In this document: one piece after another, positions 1 through 11,887 of the stretch
Layout: every line of letters starts with the position of its first letter
Position numbering within the stretch: the first letter of the stretch is position 1
From: Amoebophrya sp. A120
Lineage: Eukaryota; Protista; Dinoflagellata
DNA: 64,000 nucleotides
NCBI GenBank assembly: GCA_905178155.1
Contig: CAJINV010000014.1
Coordinates: forward strand, 1,826,593-1,890,592
Direction of reading: 5' to 3'
The notes under the pieces: model-generated
The model's database searches: none
Seen by the model: only the letters and a program-made list of their open reading frames with translations
Told to the model about the DNA's origin: nothing
Translations under genes and position numbers: made by a program

Positions 1-52
1 GTGCATAAGAAATTCTTTCAACTTTGACGAGTTCAATCCTGACGCTTCCATA
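1..52. mobile_element. Right end of a family E introner-like element (truncated by window edge)
   Basis: ttcaatcctgacgcttccata matches the right end of 27541-27851. Confidence 0.75.
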
Positions 53-3000
53 TTTCGGGATGGGTCCGTAAAAGTTCTCTTCGTACTTCTGCCCAAAAGG
101 CATTTTCGAGGTCGTGGCCCGGAAATACAGCTTGCATAACGTCTCGGAATGCAGGATTTCCTGCTGCTTGATGGGCTCAGGGTTGAAGATTTGCTGTGCT
201 TTTTTTTCTTCTTCTTCCTCCTCTTCCTCCGCTGCTTGTAGTTGAGCTGCTCCTTCTTCGCGTCGCGCTGTGGACGAATCAGGTAACTGTTGCCCAACAT
301 CTTCTACATCCTCGCCGGTGGTGTTCGTGGACATGGTCTTCTCCTTTGCACCTGAGCCAGACGCGCTAGGGCTAGTACCGGGTTGACAATTAGTACGATA
401 ATTACCGGTGCCAGCAGTCGCACCAGTCTCACGTCTTTCCTTTTCCTCTTCCAGTGCGCGATTTTTTAAGAACAACACTTCTTCCGTTCTCCTATTCTCT
501 TCCATTTCTTCGAACTTCTTCAAAATCTTCGGTTCCTCCGCCTTCAAATTGAAGGCCAGAATGTCCGCCGGGTTCGCCTTTTTCCCGCGCATAAAGCTGT
601 CCATGTCGGTATGGCGCTCTCAACTGTTACGCCCTCAACTGTTACATGATTTGCCATGCAAAATTGCCGTGACTAGCAACGCCGTCAAGCTGCTTCGCGT
701 GACAAATGCTCAGACGGCCAAACAGGCTGAGAATCTGTGCTGCGAAATCTGTCACGCAAGACGCGCAAGGTCCTTCCTTTCACTTTTGCCATTCTTGCGT
801 TGCAAATTCATGCAACAGTTGAGAATGTAACATTTGAGAACGCCATAGTCGGAAAGGTGAGTGTGTTTGGAGAACGCGGACAGGCAAACCGTGATCGGCT
901 TCAAATCCGATTTTCTCAACACTGGGAGCGATGGATAGGCTTTCGTGTTGTTGTTGGTTGGTGCTGCTGGGGGAATCGATGTAGTTCTTGCAATAGGTTG
1001 ATCACCTCCACCTTGTTCAAACGAAACCACTTTGCTGGCCGTTTCTTGTGGTCCTGTGTTTGTCGTGCCGGCGGAGGTTGGTGGAGCGACGACAACTAGA
1101 CCGTCGTTGTTAACACCGTCACCCGCGGTCCTACTAGTTGCCCCTCCTTGTTCTGCCTCGGACGGGTTACTACTCTCGACGTCCCCCTCCGCAGCTGAAG
1201 AAGACGAGTCTTCTGTCGAGCTTCCATTTGCCGAGCTGCTACTTCCACCTGACGAGTCGCTGCTGCTCACATCAAACAAAACGTTCCGCAAATTCTGGAA
1301 ATCGTGCGGCATCTCCCGCAAATCTGTCTTTCCTAGCAAATATTCATGCCACTTTTCCTGGAAGAGCCGCGAGCTATGCAAGAAAAAAAGTGATGTAAGT
1401 GAAGTGTAACTTCTTTGTGTTGCATTCTTGCGCAGCGAAACACGAACTAACAGCTATCACCTGTCATGCTCGACAAGCATGCATCGTAGGCGAGTCTATC
1501 TGCGCATCACAAGTTTTTGCTGTCCACCCGGCAGATCGATATTTGTGTATGCTGTTTTCATCTTCACAAGAAAGTTCCACTAACACGACAGCCTTTTTCA
1601 TCCTGGATACGAGTGTCGGTCTTCGTAGTCGGCATTCAAGTTCCTCACCCCATTCGGGTCAATGATCGCCAGGTATGAGAGTGCACAACTCCCCCTCGCC
1701 CTCATTTGTCACGCAAAACCCGAAATCTAAGTGCTTTCCTGTGGCACTGTTTGCATGACAGATTCCGGAAGCCCAAACAGTACTACACTAGGCGCGTGAA
1801 TTTGTCATGCACAGGCTCCACGTGTGCTGGTGTTTGTATTTTTGCTGTTCATGCAATACAAATGAGGGGGGAGGGGGGGGCGGGAGTTGTGCACTCTCAT
1901 ACCAGGATCTGCAGCGCCTTTGGATCTTTCAGTTGGATCCACCACTTGCCTATCAAGTGCAAAAGCGTCTGGGTCTGGAAGAGTCATGCTGTTTTTGCAT
2001 GACGCAGAAGGTCTGGCATGGAACCTATAGCATCACAGGTTTCGAGAGGCAGCTTCCGCAATGCCGAATCCGCATGACAAATGCCTCATTTTGGTGACAG
2101 AAAGTGGGTAGCTTTTGCTGCCTGTGCATGAGAGATTTTTATGTGTTGTGAAATGCGCCTAACAAGTTTGCATTCTTCCGGACCCAGACATATTTGCAAT
2201 GCATATTGCCCTTGGTGCTGCTCTCCACGGACAGCAAGTTCGGAACGCCTTCGTTCGCCGCTTCGCGTTGGATGTCGCCCAGCGTCAACTTCTCGATTTG
2301 CTGCTTCAGCACATCCATATCCCACTTGTATTCCTTGCTGTACTATGAACTGCAAAAGTATCGCACTCGTATAAATGCATTTCTCAGCATATGCGGATTT
2401 AGCTAAAACAAAAAGATTTGTAATGCATGACTGCAATACGAGTACGATACTTTTGCACAGGATATGTACCGCCGCTGCCACTGCATTCGCGTCCTCGCCT
2501 TGATCAGAAACTGAAAGTTCAACCGCAGCGAGGTGGAAGTGGTGAAAGTCAGTTTGTGGATTTTGTTCGGGTCCTCCGCGAGTTCTTCTGGGTCGATAGG
2601 GATCGGTGTCTTAATTGTCGTTTTCACAACTTGGATATGAGAGTACACAACTTGATGTTCACCCCGACAACTCAAACTCCGTCACTTGCATGGTCTCTAG
2701 TAAAGTAATAGATGCAATAAAAGCGCCGTGGCGACGTAGCTTCAGCGGCACCACTGGTCCTAGAAATCGTAAATGCGAACAATTCCAGGTCCACATCCAG
2801 AAGAGAAAGATTGAGAATGATCAAGTCGGTATCTTGCATGACAAATCGCGGGAAAAAGTGAAAAGAAAGATTGTGCACTCTCGTATTGGATCCGCACGTC
2901 GCCAAGAATTTCCATCACCCCGTCATTCCGGACGATTTTGTCGGGCTCCTGTGGCGGGTCTTCTTCGGTCTGGTTGTCGACGTTGTTGTAGGCAACTTCA

Positions 3001-6000
3001 TCATGATTGACATCGTCTTCCCCCTCGCCAAAACCGACCGGCGCTTCGCTCACGCCGGGTTTGATCGTCACCGTTTCTGGCTCGATTGTGTAGTACGAGT
3101 TTTCATCCAGGAACCGGTGTCCGGGAAGCGGCACCTCCTGGATGTCCACGTCCGCCAGCATTTCCGCCTTTTTCGCCTCCAAAACGAACAATTTCTCCCG
3201 CACCTTCTGAAGCCCGGCGCGGTAGGGTTTCAGCGGATTGGTTTTGTTTTTCATCACCCCCATATTGGCCATCACACCCAGCGCCTGCATCTTCTTCGCC
3301 ATCCCGACAAAGTATGCGGAATACAAATCTAGCGCGCACGTAGACGGACGTTCTTGATGTACGAAATGCATACACAAATTTGCGCATATTAGTACCTGAA
3401 GAATCTTGAATTTCTTTCTTATGATGTGTTGTGCAATGAGAAGATCACAGGAGAAAGCGCTAGGGCAGAGCCCTGTTTATGCACGCGCGACATTTGCGAA
3501 ACCCAAACCACCGACGCCGTGCCCAAGCGCAAGCCCATGCGCGCTAAATCATGATTTCTGTGCATAAAAACGTGACCTGCTTTTTCTCCTTTGGGTTTTC
3601 AACCTCAACGTCGTCAACATCCCCGACGTCCCCGAAGTAGCGCTTCCCGAACAATTTGCGCTCGAGCTTCTTCTCCTGGTCCCGCAACTTACCCAGCGGC
3701 CCCTGCTCGAACTCGATCTCAATCTGGTACTTTTTCTGCTTCCGCTTGTGCGCAATGACCAGCGCGGCGAGGTCGGGTCCGCCGAGGAAGTAGTACTTCA
3801 AGTCCACCTTTGGTAACGCCGAGTAGGGATAGAGAAACTCGACAACCTCCTTCAATTCTTCTTCCGGATTATTTAGATGCGGGCTCGACGTTTTTTGCCC
3901 TTTTCGCTGCTCGGAAGTAGTACCAACAGTGATATTCCTTGCGGCCAGTGCTCGTCCACCCCGCTTCTGCTGTGCTTCCGCAGCTACAGGTTCGTTCACA
4001 GGTACCATTTTTTTCCGCAAGAGGGGTTGGATCCAGGAGAGCCGGGTGATTCTTCTTTCCGAGGTCAAGTAATCTTTGTCAAAGAGTCCGTATTTCAAAT
4101 CGAACAAATCCTCCTTCGCGCTCTCGAAGCGCTCCACGCTGCCAAATTCCGTCACAGTCTCCCGCTTTCGCGAGATCTCGCTCGAGAAAAGAAAGTAGTC
4201 GCTCTCCGACGCTTTCGGGAGCTTCGCCGTCTGCTTGTGTTTTTCGCGAAACCATTCCTGAAATCCCGTCCAGTCCGTGTGCAGCTTGGTCTCGTCTTTC
4301 TTGTGTTTGGAGGTCTTATTGTTTCCGCCGGCGGCGGTACTGGTTGCGGCAAGTTGATGGCCGCGGTCTTGAAGCTCAATGTGGTGCAAGTTGGACGGGG
4401 AGGAGATTTGGTCCGGACCTATAGCAAATTGCTGCTGCTGCACCACCGTACCGGTGGCAGCTGTCGAGAAAGAGACAACGGCGTCGGTACCAAATATAGC
4501 CGCCGGGGCGGAGGTAGTGAGGTCGTGGGCGTTTTCTTGCCGGCCGTCGCTTTGGCCGCGGCTGTGCTTTTCCTGGGTTCGCCATGCCGTCGCGAGTAAC
4601 GTTAGGCCGCACGGTATGGTGGCCGCTTCATAAACGTCGCAAATTTTGGCAAATTCCCGATATTCCCTTCCGAAAGCCAGCCCCCATGCTATGGGGCCGA
4701 TCCGGGTGCCACGGGGGGCGCCCAAAAAGCGAAGGGAAATCGGGCCCGTAGCATGCGGGCTGGCTTTGCGCGTCTGGCGCGCTTTTGCTTTTTTGCGTTT
4801 TTATTTTTCGCGCCGGCGCTTTTTGCAAAGCTTCCCAGGCTCTGAAACAGGCGAAAACTCGGCCGCTTTCGCGGCCGCCCAAAATGCTCCGAAATCGCGG
4901 CCGTGCCGTGCTGTTTCGCTGTTCTGATTTTGGGCGCGTTTTTTTCGCGCCCCTTTTTGGGCGCCCCAAACCGCCAGAAACTAAGGCGGTGGGCGCCTCA
5001 GAAGGGCGCCCCTTTTGCCGGCTCCCCTGCGTCGTTTTACCCAGCGGCGATCGATAGAATCCGCTGGCGATTCGGTGCCGACACAGCCAAAGCCGCTTGA
5101 TAATTGAAAATATTTTTTGTCAAAAAACGCTTCCGGCCGCTTGAAAACTGCCGGTCGTTTTTCAGGGTAGCTGTCAAAAAAACTCCCTGGTTAGAACCGT
5201 TCGGTGACCTCACTACATACTATGGGATCCCCCGGCGTCGCTCGCAGCTTTCCCGGTTGAACTCGCTGGTGCAATTTTGTTCGAAGGCGAGGAGGAAAGA
5301 CTGGTGATTGGCATCGCCAACCCGGCCGAGTTGCCTCCAGATGTTGATGGACCGGCGCCAGAGGTCGTGCTATTTCCTCTCTTGTTGCCACCTCCAGTGG
5401 GCGAAGTTTTGTTTTTTGCACTCGTCTGCCCTGAGGTGGACTTACCACTCGTCCCACGTCCTTGCTTGTTCTGCGCAGCAGAAGTCGGAGCCCGCCCACC
5501 TGCTGCGGAGCCTTGCACAGTCGCTCCGCCTCCCGTCACGTCTCCTTCGCCCGCCCCTGCTTGCTCCAGTGCGAGTTGCTTTTCCGCCTGTTTTCGCTTC
5601 CACACTTCCTCACACTGGTCGAAGTACCATTGGAAGCCCTTCTTGGCGTCGTCGTAAAAATCTTCGCGGAGCGTCCTCGGATCAAAGTACGTTTGCTCGT
5701 TCAGCTTGCCGCGGATCACCAGGTTTGTGTAAATCTCTCCGGTGTTCACTACTCGGACCAGGTCGGTGTCCCGTTTCGGCTCTTCTATCGGGAAGGGGGG
5801 GAGGAAAGCCGAACTCGAGGAAAACATCTTCTGCTGCTCTCCGCCTGGATGACGTTGACCTCCTGCTGTGTTTCTACTTGTGTTCGACGTCCCACCGCCC
5901 AGCGAAAGTTGCAGCTGTCTATTCGAGTTATTTGGAGAAGCACCCCCTGTCCCTGAGATATTTGCAGCTTTATTTGTTGCGCCACCACCCGCCTTCTTGC

Positions 6001-7398
6001 CGCCTTGTTTAACATTCGAGCTGTTCTTGTTGCCTCCCCCTGCACTACTACCACTCTTCCCTCCACCACTAGAAGTCGCGCTGGTATTCGTTAAGGCTGA
6101 GAACACCATCGTTGCAGCGGCTTTGAGTTTCGCCTTTGCGCCTTTAGCGTTCGCAAGTGTAGTGCCCGTTGTTCCATCTTTGTCACCCGTGCTGGTCTGT
6201 TTGCTTTTCATCCCTTCCGCCTCGATCTCCAGATTGCGGTCGATCCGGACCTCCATCAGGATGCCTTTGTAGTCGGTGTGGGAGGGGATGATGTTGCGGG
6301 TGGAAAGGGGGTCGTCGAGACACTCGCAGCACTGCACCTGAAATTTTTTGTCGGACAATTCCTCGTCGTTCATGATCTCCACCGCCTCCTCGCTGTACCA
6401 GCCCGAGAACACCCTCCGCGGAAAGACGCGCAGATTAGGGTCCAGCACCCGCTTCACCTTGCGGATTATGCAATGCAAATTCCCGCTTATGGAGGACACA
6501 CAAAGACATCAACTTGTCATGCAGAATTGGCTTGGAAGGTAAGTTAAAGTTCCGTCATGCAGACGCCGTGTTTGTATTTGTACTTGTAGTTGTTCTTGTA
6601 AGGGAATATCACTACATTTCCTGTGGATACGGATCCGCAACAGTACATCGGCCGCGCTCTTCACTTTGCGAGAAAAGTTCATGAGCTTGCCCATGGTGCC
6701 AATCGTGCTGCTGGTCGTACTTGAGGGGCGCGACCCCGCGCCGCGCGTGCTGGGCCGAGACTTCGCGGCATTCTCGTAGTCGAAGAACGCCCCTTTGGTG
6801 TGGATGTCGGTGAAGACTGCTTGCGTGTTGTCCGGCGTCTTTCGCAGCTGCTTCAAGCAGGCGCGGACGTGCTTCAGCTGGCTCACCGTCTGGTCGGCGT
6901 AGGGGACCCGCATCCGGCTGCCGGTTCCATACCGCAGGATTTTCTCGTACAAATCTATAGCTTGCTCAGATGCTACAATCTCAAACACAAACGTTATAAT
7001 AGAATCTGGAATTTGTGATGCAAAACGTGCAACCCCTGGCCTACTCCCACAGCAGTGCGCATGACGAGTTCGGCAGCCCCAAACGGCACTGAAATCCAGC
7101 GAAATTTGTATTGCGAAAAGGGCAGGTCTCTCTCTGGTACTCATGCTGCTCATGCAAGACAAATCCCACATTCTATTCTAACGTTTGAGATTGTAACAGT
7201 AACACCTGAGCGGGTTATAAAATCGTCCTCGAGCTTCTGCTCGAACTTCTCGTAGAATCGCAGGGTCCCGAACTCGTACAGTGGGGGTTTCCGCGGGAGT
7301 TTGCGCTGGGGCGGTGGCAGTTGTTGCGGTGGCTGCGGGCTGGGGGAAGCCGAAGCGTCATTTTCGAAGGAAACCGGCAGCGGCACCTCCTCCGACAT
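53..7398 (-). CDS. Large multi-exon hypothetical protein (3' end runs off the window), interrupted by about 11 intervening sequences
   Basis: ORFs 7150-7398, 6509-7171, 5213-6499, 3544-4725, 2760-3377, 2403-2675 and 752-1381 join in frame when each element plus one DR is removed (EDD/LYEK, LRI/RKVK, RIQ/VVKT, RRY/SKEY, HLSD/MDSF). No family recognised. Confidence 0.7.
610..847. mobile_element. Introner-like element with ~45-bp imperfect TIR
   Basis: TIR tatggcgctctcaactgttac / gtaacatttgagaacgccata; DR gtcgg at 605-609 and 848-852; frame restored. Confidence 0.9.
1375..1609. mobile_element. Degenerate introner-like element
   Basis: tatgcaagaaaaa...ttttcatcctggata; DR cgagc/cgagt; frame restored (RHS/RLFQ). 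Confidence 0.7.
1674..1901. mobile_element. Introner-like element, family C
   Basis: TIR tatgagagtgcacaactccc; DR ccagg; frame restored. Confidence 0.92.
1951..2205. mobile_element. Introner-like element, family B
   Basis: TIR core gtctgggtctggaa / ttccggacccagac; TAT..ATA ends; DR ttgcc; frame restored. Confidence 0.92.
2344..2464. mobile_element. Introner-like element, family A
   Basis: TIR core tgcaaaagtatcgyactcgtat; DR tgtac; frame restored. Confidence 0.93.
2636..2885. mobile_element. Introner-like element, family C-like
   Basis: tatgagagtacacaa...ttgtgcactctcgta; DR ttgga; frame restored. Confidence 0.88.
4578..5222. mobile_element. GC-rich, hairpin-rich intervening sequence of a different type
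   Basis: Interrupts the CDS; flanked by tggg; removing 649 nt joins GGS/QEKH in frame; internal inverted repeats such as aaagccagcccccatgcta / tagcatgcgggctggcttt. Confidence 0.55.
6467..6629. mobile_element. Introner-like element with weak TIR
   Basis: tatgca...tgtggata; DR cggat; frame restored. Confidence 0.8.
6956..7219. mobile_element. Introner-like element
   Basis: tatagcttgctcagatgctacaatctcaaac / gtttgagattgtaacagtaacacctgagcgggttata; DR aaatc; frame restored. Confidence 0.87.
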
Positions 7399-7985
7399 GA
7401 TTACTTTCCTTTCCGCCCGAACAAGTAATCAAGGTTCTGGCTCTTCCCCTACGCTAGGAGGTGGTGACTGACGCTCCCGTGGCCGACACGAGGCCCCAAC
7501 TCAACCTCAAAACAATAAAGCACGGCATCTGAGGACGATCATCAAAGAGCGCTAGCAGCAGACATTTTTCGTCCCATATCATCTTCACCAGACAGCAAAC
7601 ATAATTGACAAGATTCTCGTTTTTTGTAAAATTATAACAGGACGACTAAGACAACACAAGCTTGAGATGAAGGACAGGATATTAAGCACAAAAATTTTAT
7701 TGGGCAAAAATGTAACAAACATGGAGTAAAACTTGCGACGACGATGTACTTCTACGCGAAGCGAATGGATAGGAGCCACATGATTCCCCGACCTTCATAT
7801 TCTCAACATCACGACCGTTGTAGACGACCTGGATAAGATGAGCCACAATATGACAGACTATTGGCAGGATGCTCGCATCGATAGAAACTGTTGCTTTTTT
7901 ACAGTTTTTCTGTTGCTTTTTTACAGTTTTTACTAGCTGAAGAACAACGACTACAACGATGATCACGATAGACACGATAATGGCA

Positions 7986-8051
7986 ACGAAAATACTCAGC
8001 GGACCTAATAAGCGGACGACGAAAATACTCAGCGGACCTAATAAGCGGACG
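7986..8051. repeat. 33-bp tandem duplication
   Basis: acgaaaatactcagcggacctaataagcggacg x2, partial third copy near 8084-8101. Confidence 0.85.
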
Positions 8052-8445
8052 ATAATGGAAACGAAACTACACGACAATGGCAACGAGATACTCAGCGGAC
8101 CTGTCTCTGAAAGAGAAGGGGGGTAAGAGCCAATACTTATACCTTTCTCTCACGACCTCACGGCATCTCCACCTGCACCTCCATCCGAACCGAAGAAACT
8201 AATTTTTTCGAACTCGATAGCGCAGGAAGTGTAGACGACCTTCTTGTAGACATAAGATCTCCAGTTTTTTCGAACACACGAGCGCAGTGGGGCTTCCTTC
8301 CACCTCCCTCAGTGACATCATATCACTCCTGGTCCTCACATCTTGCTGATAAGTACCTTACGCTAGTAGCCCCGCTTGCGCTTCATCACTTCTACTTTGC
8401 TCATCGTACATTAAATTAATTCAAAGCGGTAGCCGATTACGATTT

Positions 8446-10914
8446 TTATCTTTTCTTCTGCATCGTGCGAAACTGTTTTTGCTCTTGTTGCCGGCTCATT
8501 TCCTGGCAGTTACCCTTCCCCAGGGTCTTGACAGAATCGCAAAACTTGTCTAGAAAGTCGTTGGATTTGTCGCGACGGTTCCACACGTCGCTGTTTGCAT
8601 TTTTCGTTAGCTGATGGAGGTGGTCCCGGTAGCGGTCAAGGCCGGACAACGCGTAGGCTTCCCGGTTATGCAACACGAACAAACGTTGTGTCACCGTCTT
8701 CACGTAGGGAAAGTTTCGGCAAGCAAATGCATAAAGTACATTATTCCTCTTGCTGATTAAGCTTTCTAGCAAGAGATGGAGAAGAGCCTCGCGGTTACAT
8801 TCATGCTTGATGGTGCACGTCTACGGTTTAGATACAACTTTGCTCCTGTGAATATCGGTAGGCCTCCTTGAACAGGTTTTTTGACGATTTTGGAGCTTGC
8901 TCGGGCTCTTTAGCCGCGCCGCCGGTTTCCTGCATAGGTAGTAAGTTAGATGATTAAAATGGATAGATGAAGACGCTGCGTCGCAAATCTTACATCACAT
9001 AAGGAGAGGAACTCAACTCCAGTCCGCCCGGTGTGTGACCACGAAGAATGAAGAAGAGAAGATTGATGTCCAGCACTGTGCTGCGTGTATGACAAGATGA
9101 AAATGATCAACAGTAGTCAACAGCATATACTAAATTTGCGCCTTGAGTAGAAGTACCTCCCCTTGTTCCTCCATGATTTCTTCTGCAGTTTTGTCCATTT
9201 CATTCCGGAACAGTTGCACACCATTCTCGACGAAGTAGCTGGTGTTTTTCTTCGACCCCTCCTTTCGAAAGGCCTCCTTGTCCTCGGTGTTGAAGTAGTC
9301 GATTCCGTACGTCTCCACCCGTTTCGTGTTTTTTGTCTTGCCCGTCGTACGCTTCACCTGTCCCGAAAACTCCTCCTGCGAATTGTCGTGATCTGCGGAC
9401 GCTTGTTCCTTTTTGCTCGCCGGGTCCTGACTTATTTCCTCCTCGTCCTCGTCGCCGGCTTCTTCTCCATCTAACCCAACTACTGGTCCTCCGGGCACAA
9501 CAACTCCCGTGGCAGTCGCGTGGTCTTCTTCCAGCTTCACAAGCTCGTCCAAGTCCTTGCTGAGAAGTGCCTCCCACGCGGCGGCGTTTCGCGCGTCGGG
9601 AATCTTTACGTCTTCTTGCAGCAGTTTGCTCCTTTTCAAAAATTGCTCGGAGGTCCAGGGCTGGATTTCCCGCGAATCCTCGTCATCGAAGCTTTCCTCG
9701 TGGTATGCAATGCAAATTTCGTTCCGCGACAAGCCTACGAGATGCACAAGTGGAACGACAAATCCATGGAAGATGTAATACGGATCGGTTATTTGCCAAA
9801 TTCCAATCCATGTCGATGCTGAATAATGTAGGAAATACAAATAGCCTCAACATCAACATACTCATTGGATCTTGTCAACATGCAGTACCAATGTCATCGT
9901 TTGCTGTGCAATCTGCGGGCGCTACGGCAAGAATTTTTCCTTCACATACGTGTTGCTGCCTCTCCTCTTCGGGATTCGAAGCCTCCGGAGATCCTTTCGC
10001 GGGGGACGGCATAGTTTTGATTTGGATGTCGTCTTGGCGATTGCAATTTATCTACTTGCAGCCTCACTTCTACTCCTGAAACGGACCACGAGGCGGGATG
10101 AAAAAGAAAGCAACAAAGTTCTTTCAGCTTGAAATCAGCTGTCGATTATATGAGCATGCTAAAGGAACCGCACCACTACAGGGATGAAACCTGTATAAAG
10201 CTCAAGAAGAACAACGACACATCCAGCTTCAACGAGGAAAGGCTCAGACACTGCACCTCCGACGTCCTCATTGATTGCGTTATCTTGTGCCGTCCTCGCA
10301 GTAACATCTTTTTAGTCCCCAACCCTCTCTGCCTTCTCTCGCCACAAATAACACACATGATCAAACAAACTCCTATACTCACATAAACAACTCACGCGAC
10401 CTGCTGGTGCCTTGCTCATTGATACTTGTTCCGCAGAGACGAACTTCGACTCAAGGTTTGTGTCGCGATGCCAAGAGAACTCCAGCAGCATTGGCCCCGA
10501 TGAAGAGTTGCGAGCAGATGCTAGATCCACCTTGCGCTAAAAATAAATGCGCATTGCGTGGTAATATTGCACCATTGCGATCTCGTCCGACGTTCAAAAA
10601 CTGTATTTTGTTTTATGTGAGCCTCAAATACAGAGGACGATGCACTTCTTGGAAGCGCGAGTTGTAGTTCATCTTCGAAACATGTGATAGCGATTTGGTT
10701 TTTGGTTTATCATATTCTCAGCTGACAGTGACAAATGCTTGGAAATCCGCTTCATGGAAGTACCGCCATGAGTGGACCAAAAGATCTTGCTTTCGCAGTA
10801 TCTTTCGCGGACGAGGTCAAATTCAGACGGCTCACAGGATGAGCAAGCGTCCTCGTTCTTCTTCATCGAGTCCAAAGAAAATGTCGCTCGGTTTGCTCGG
10901 GTTTTTTTGGGCAT
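8446..10914 (-). CDS. Multi-exon hypothetical protein, structure uncertain
   Basis: Coding-like minus ORFs 9130-9840 and 8446-8772 plus short upstream ORFs; GT donor-like site (gtgagt near 10395); no family recognised. Confidence 0.4.
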
Positions 10915-11887
10915 GGTGCTGCTGCTGTTGTACTACGACATGTTGTGTTGACCCCGAATTCGATGCCCCCCTATCTCTCGTCTTGAGCTCATCCGGTGTA
11001 GTTGCCTCGTTTTTTCCACTCGTATGCACTACAAGTCTCCCGCACAGGTACAAAGTGCATCACACATGCTGCCAAGTGATTGTGATGTCACTCCTAGTAT
11101 CCTGGTCATGCTAACTAGGATCAGAGGCGGTAAGTTCATTTGTGCGGAAAATTTACCGCGGATAACTTCTTTTCTCGACTGAAGACGAGGAGTTACTGTG
11201 CTTGACAATCGCGATACTCAGAGAAAAACTGTGATACAGGAAAAAATTTGAAATTTTGATTCGCAGCAACGCTGCGGATACGGTTAAACTATTTTGCATT
11301 TGGTCGACAGAGCGACATTGCAAAGTCGTCAGCTGGTTGCAGGCTCCGGACGACGAAAAGCGGCCCACCAAGATTGGGCAGACCTAAACCCGCCACACCA
11401 TGGGGAATGAAATTGAATTTGCTACGGGTTATCGTATTTTTTGCATGACGCCAACGAAGGCGCTGAATTTTTCCGTCGAGTACTCCGGCGAGTACCTCGG
11501 TCGAGCTGCTGTATCACACTTTTACAATTTCACTAAGCGGAAGCTAACGCCGGTGCTATGGTGGTTTTGTGAAAGTGTGATACATCAGCGCAGTGTACTC
11601 GTGCGAGCACTACCGCGATGTGCTGTATCACAGTTTTCCAACCGGCCAAGTGTTGCGCTTCAGCTGTCTTCCAAAAGTGCTCACTTTGCATCAAAAAAAT
11701 GAGATATATTCGCTGGACTTGATTCCAGTCCCTGCCTAACGGTCGCCACCTCGACCACCTACTTACCTCCTCTGGCCGCCCATTGCGGCATGTCTTTGAC
11801 TGCAAGTCGTTGCGGCAACCGCACTCAAATACTGTTCGCCTCGGCGAGTCAAAATTTCAGATTTTTTTCTGTATCGCAGTTTTTCTC

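Noticed and set aside
2340-2465. AT-AC (U12-type) intron reading of the family A copy
   Set aside because: AT..AC arises in only one register from this particular DR and is not general among sister copies
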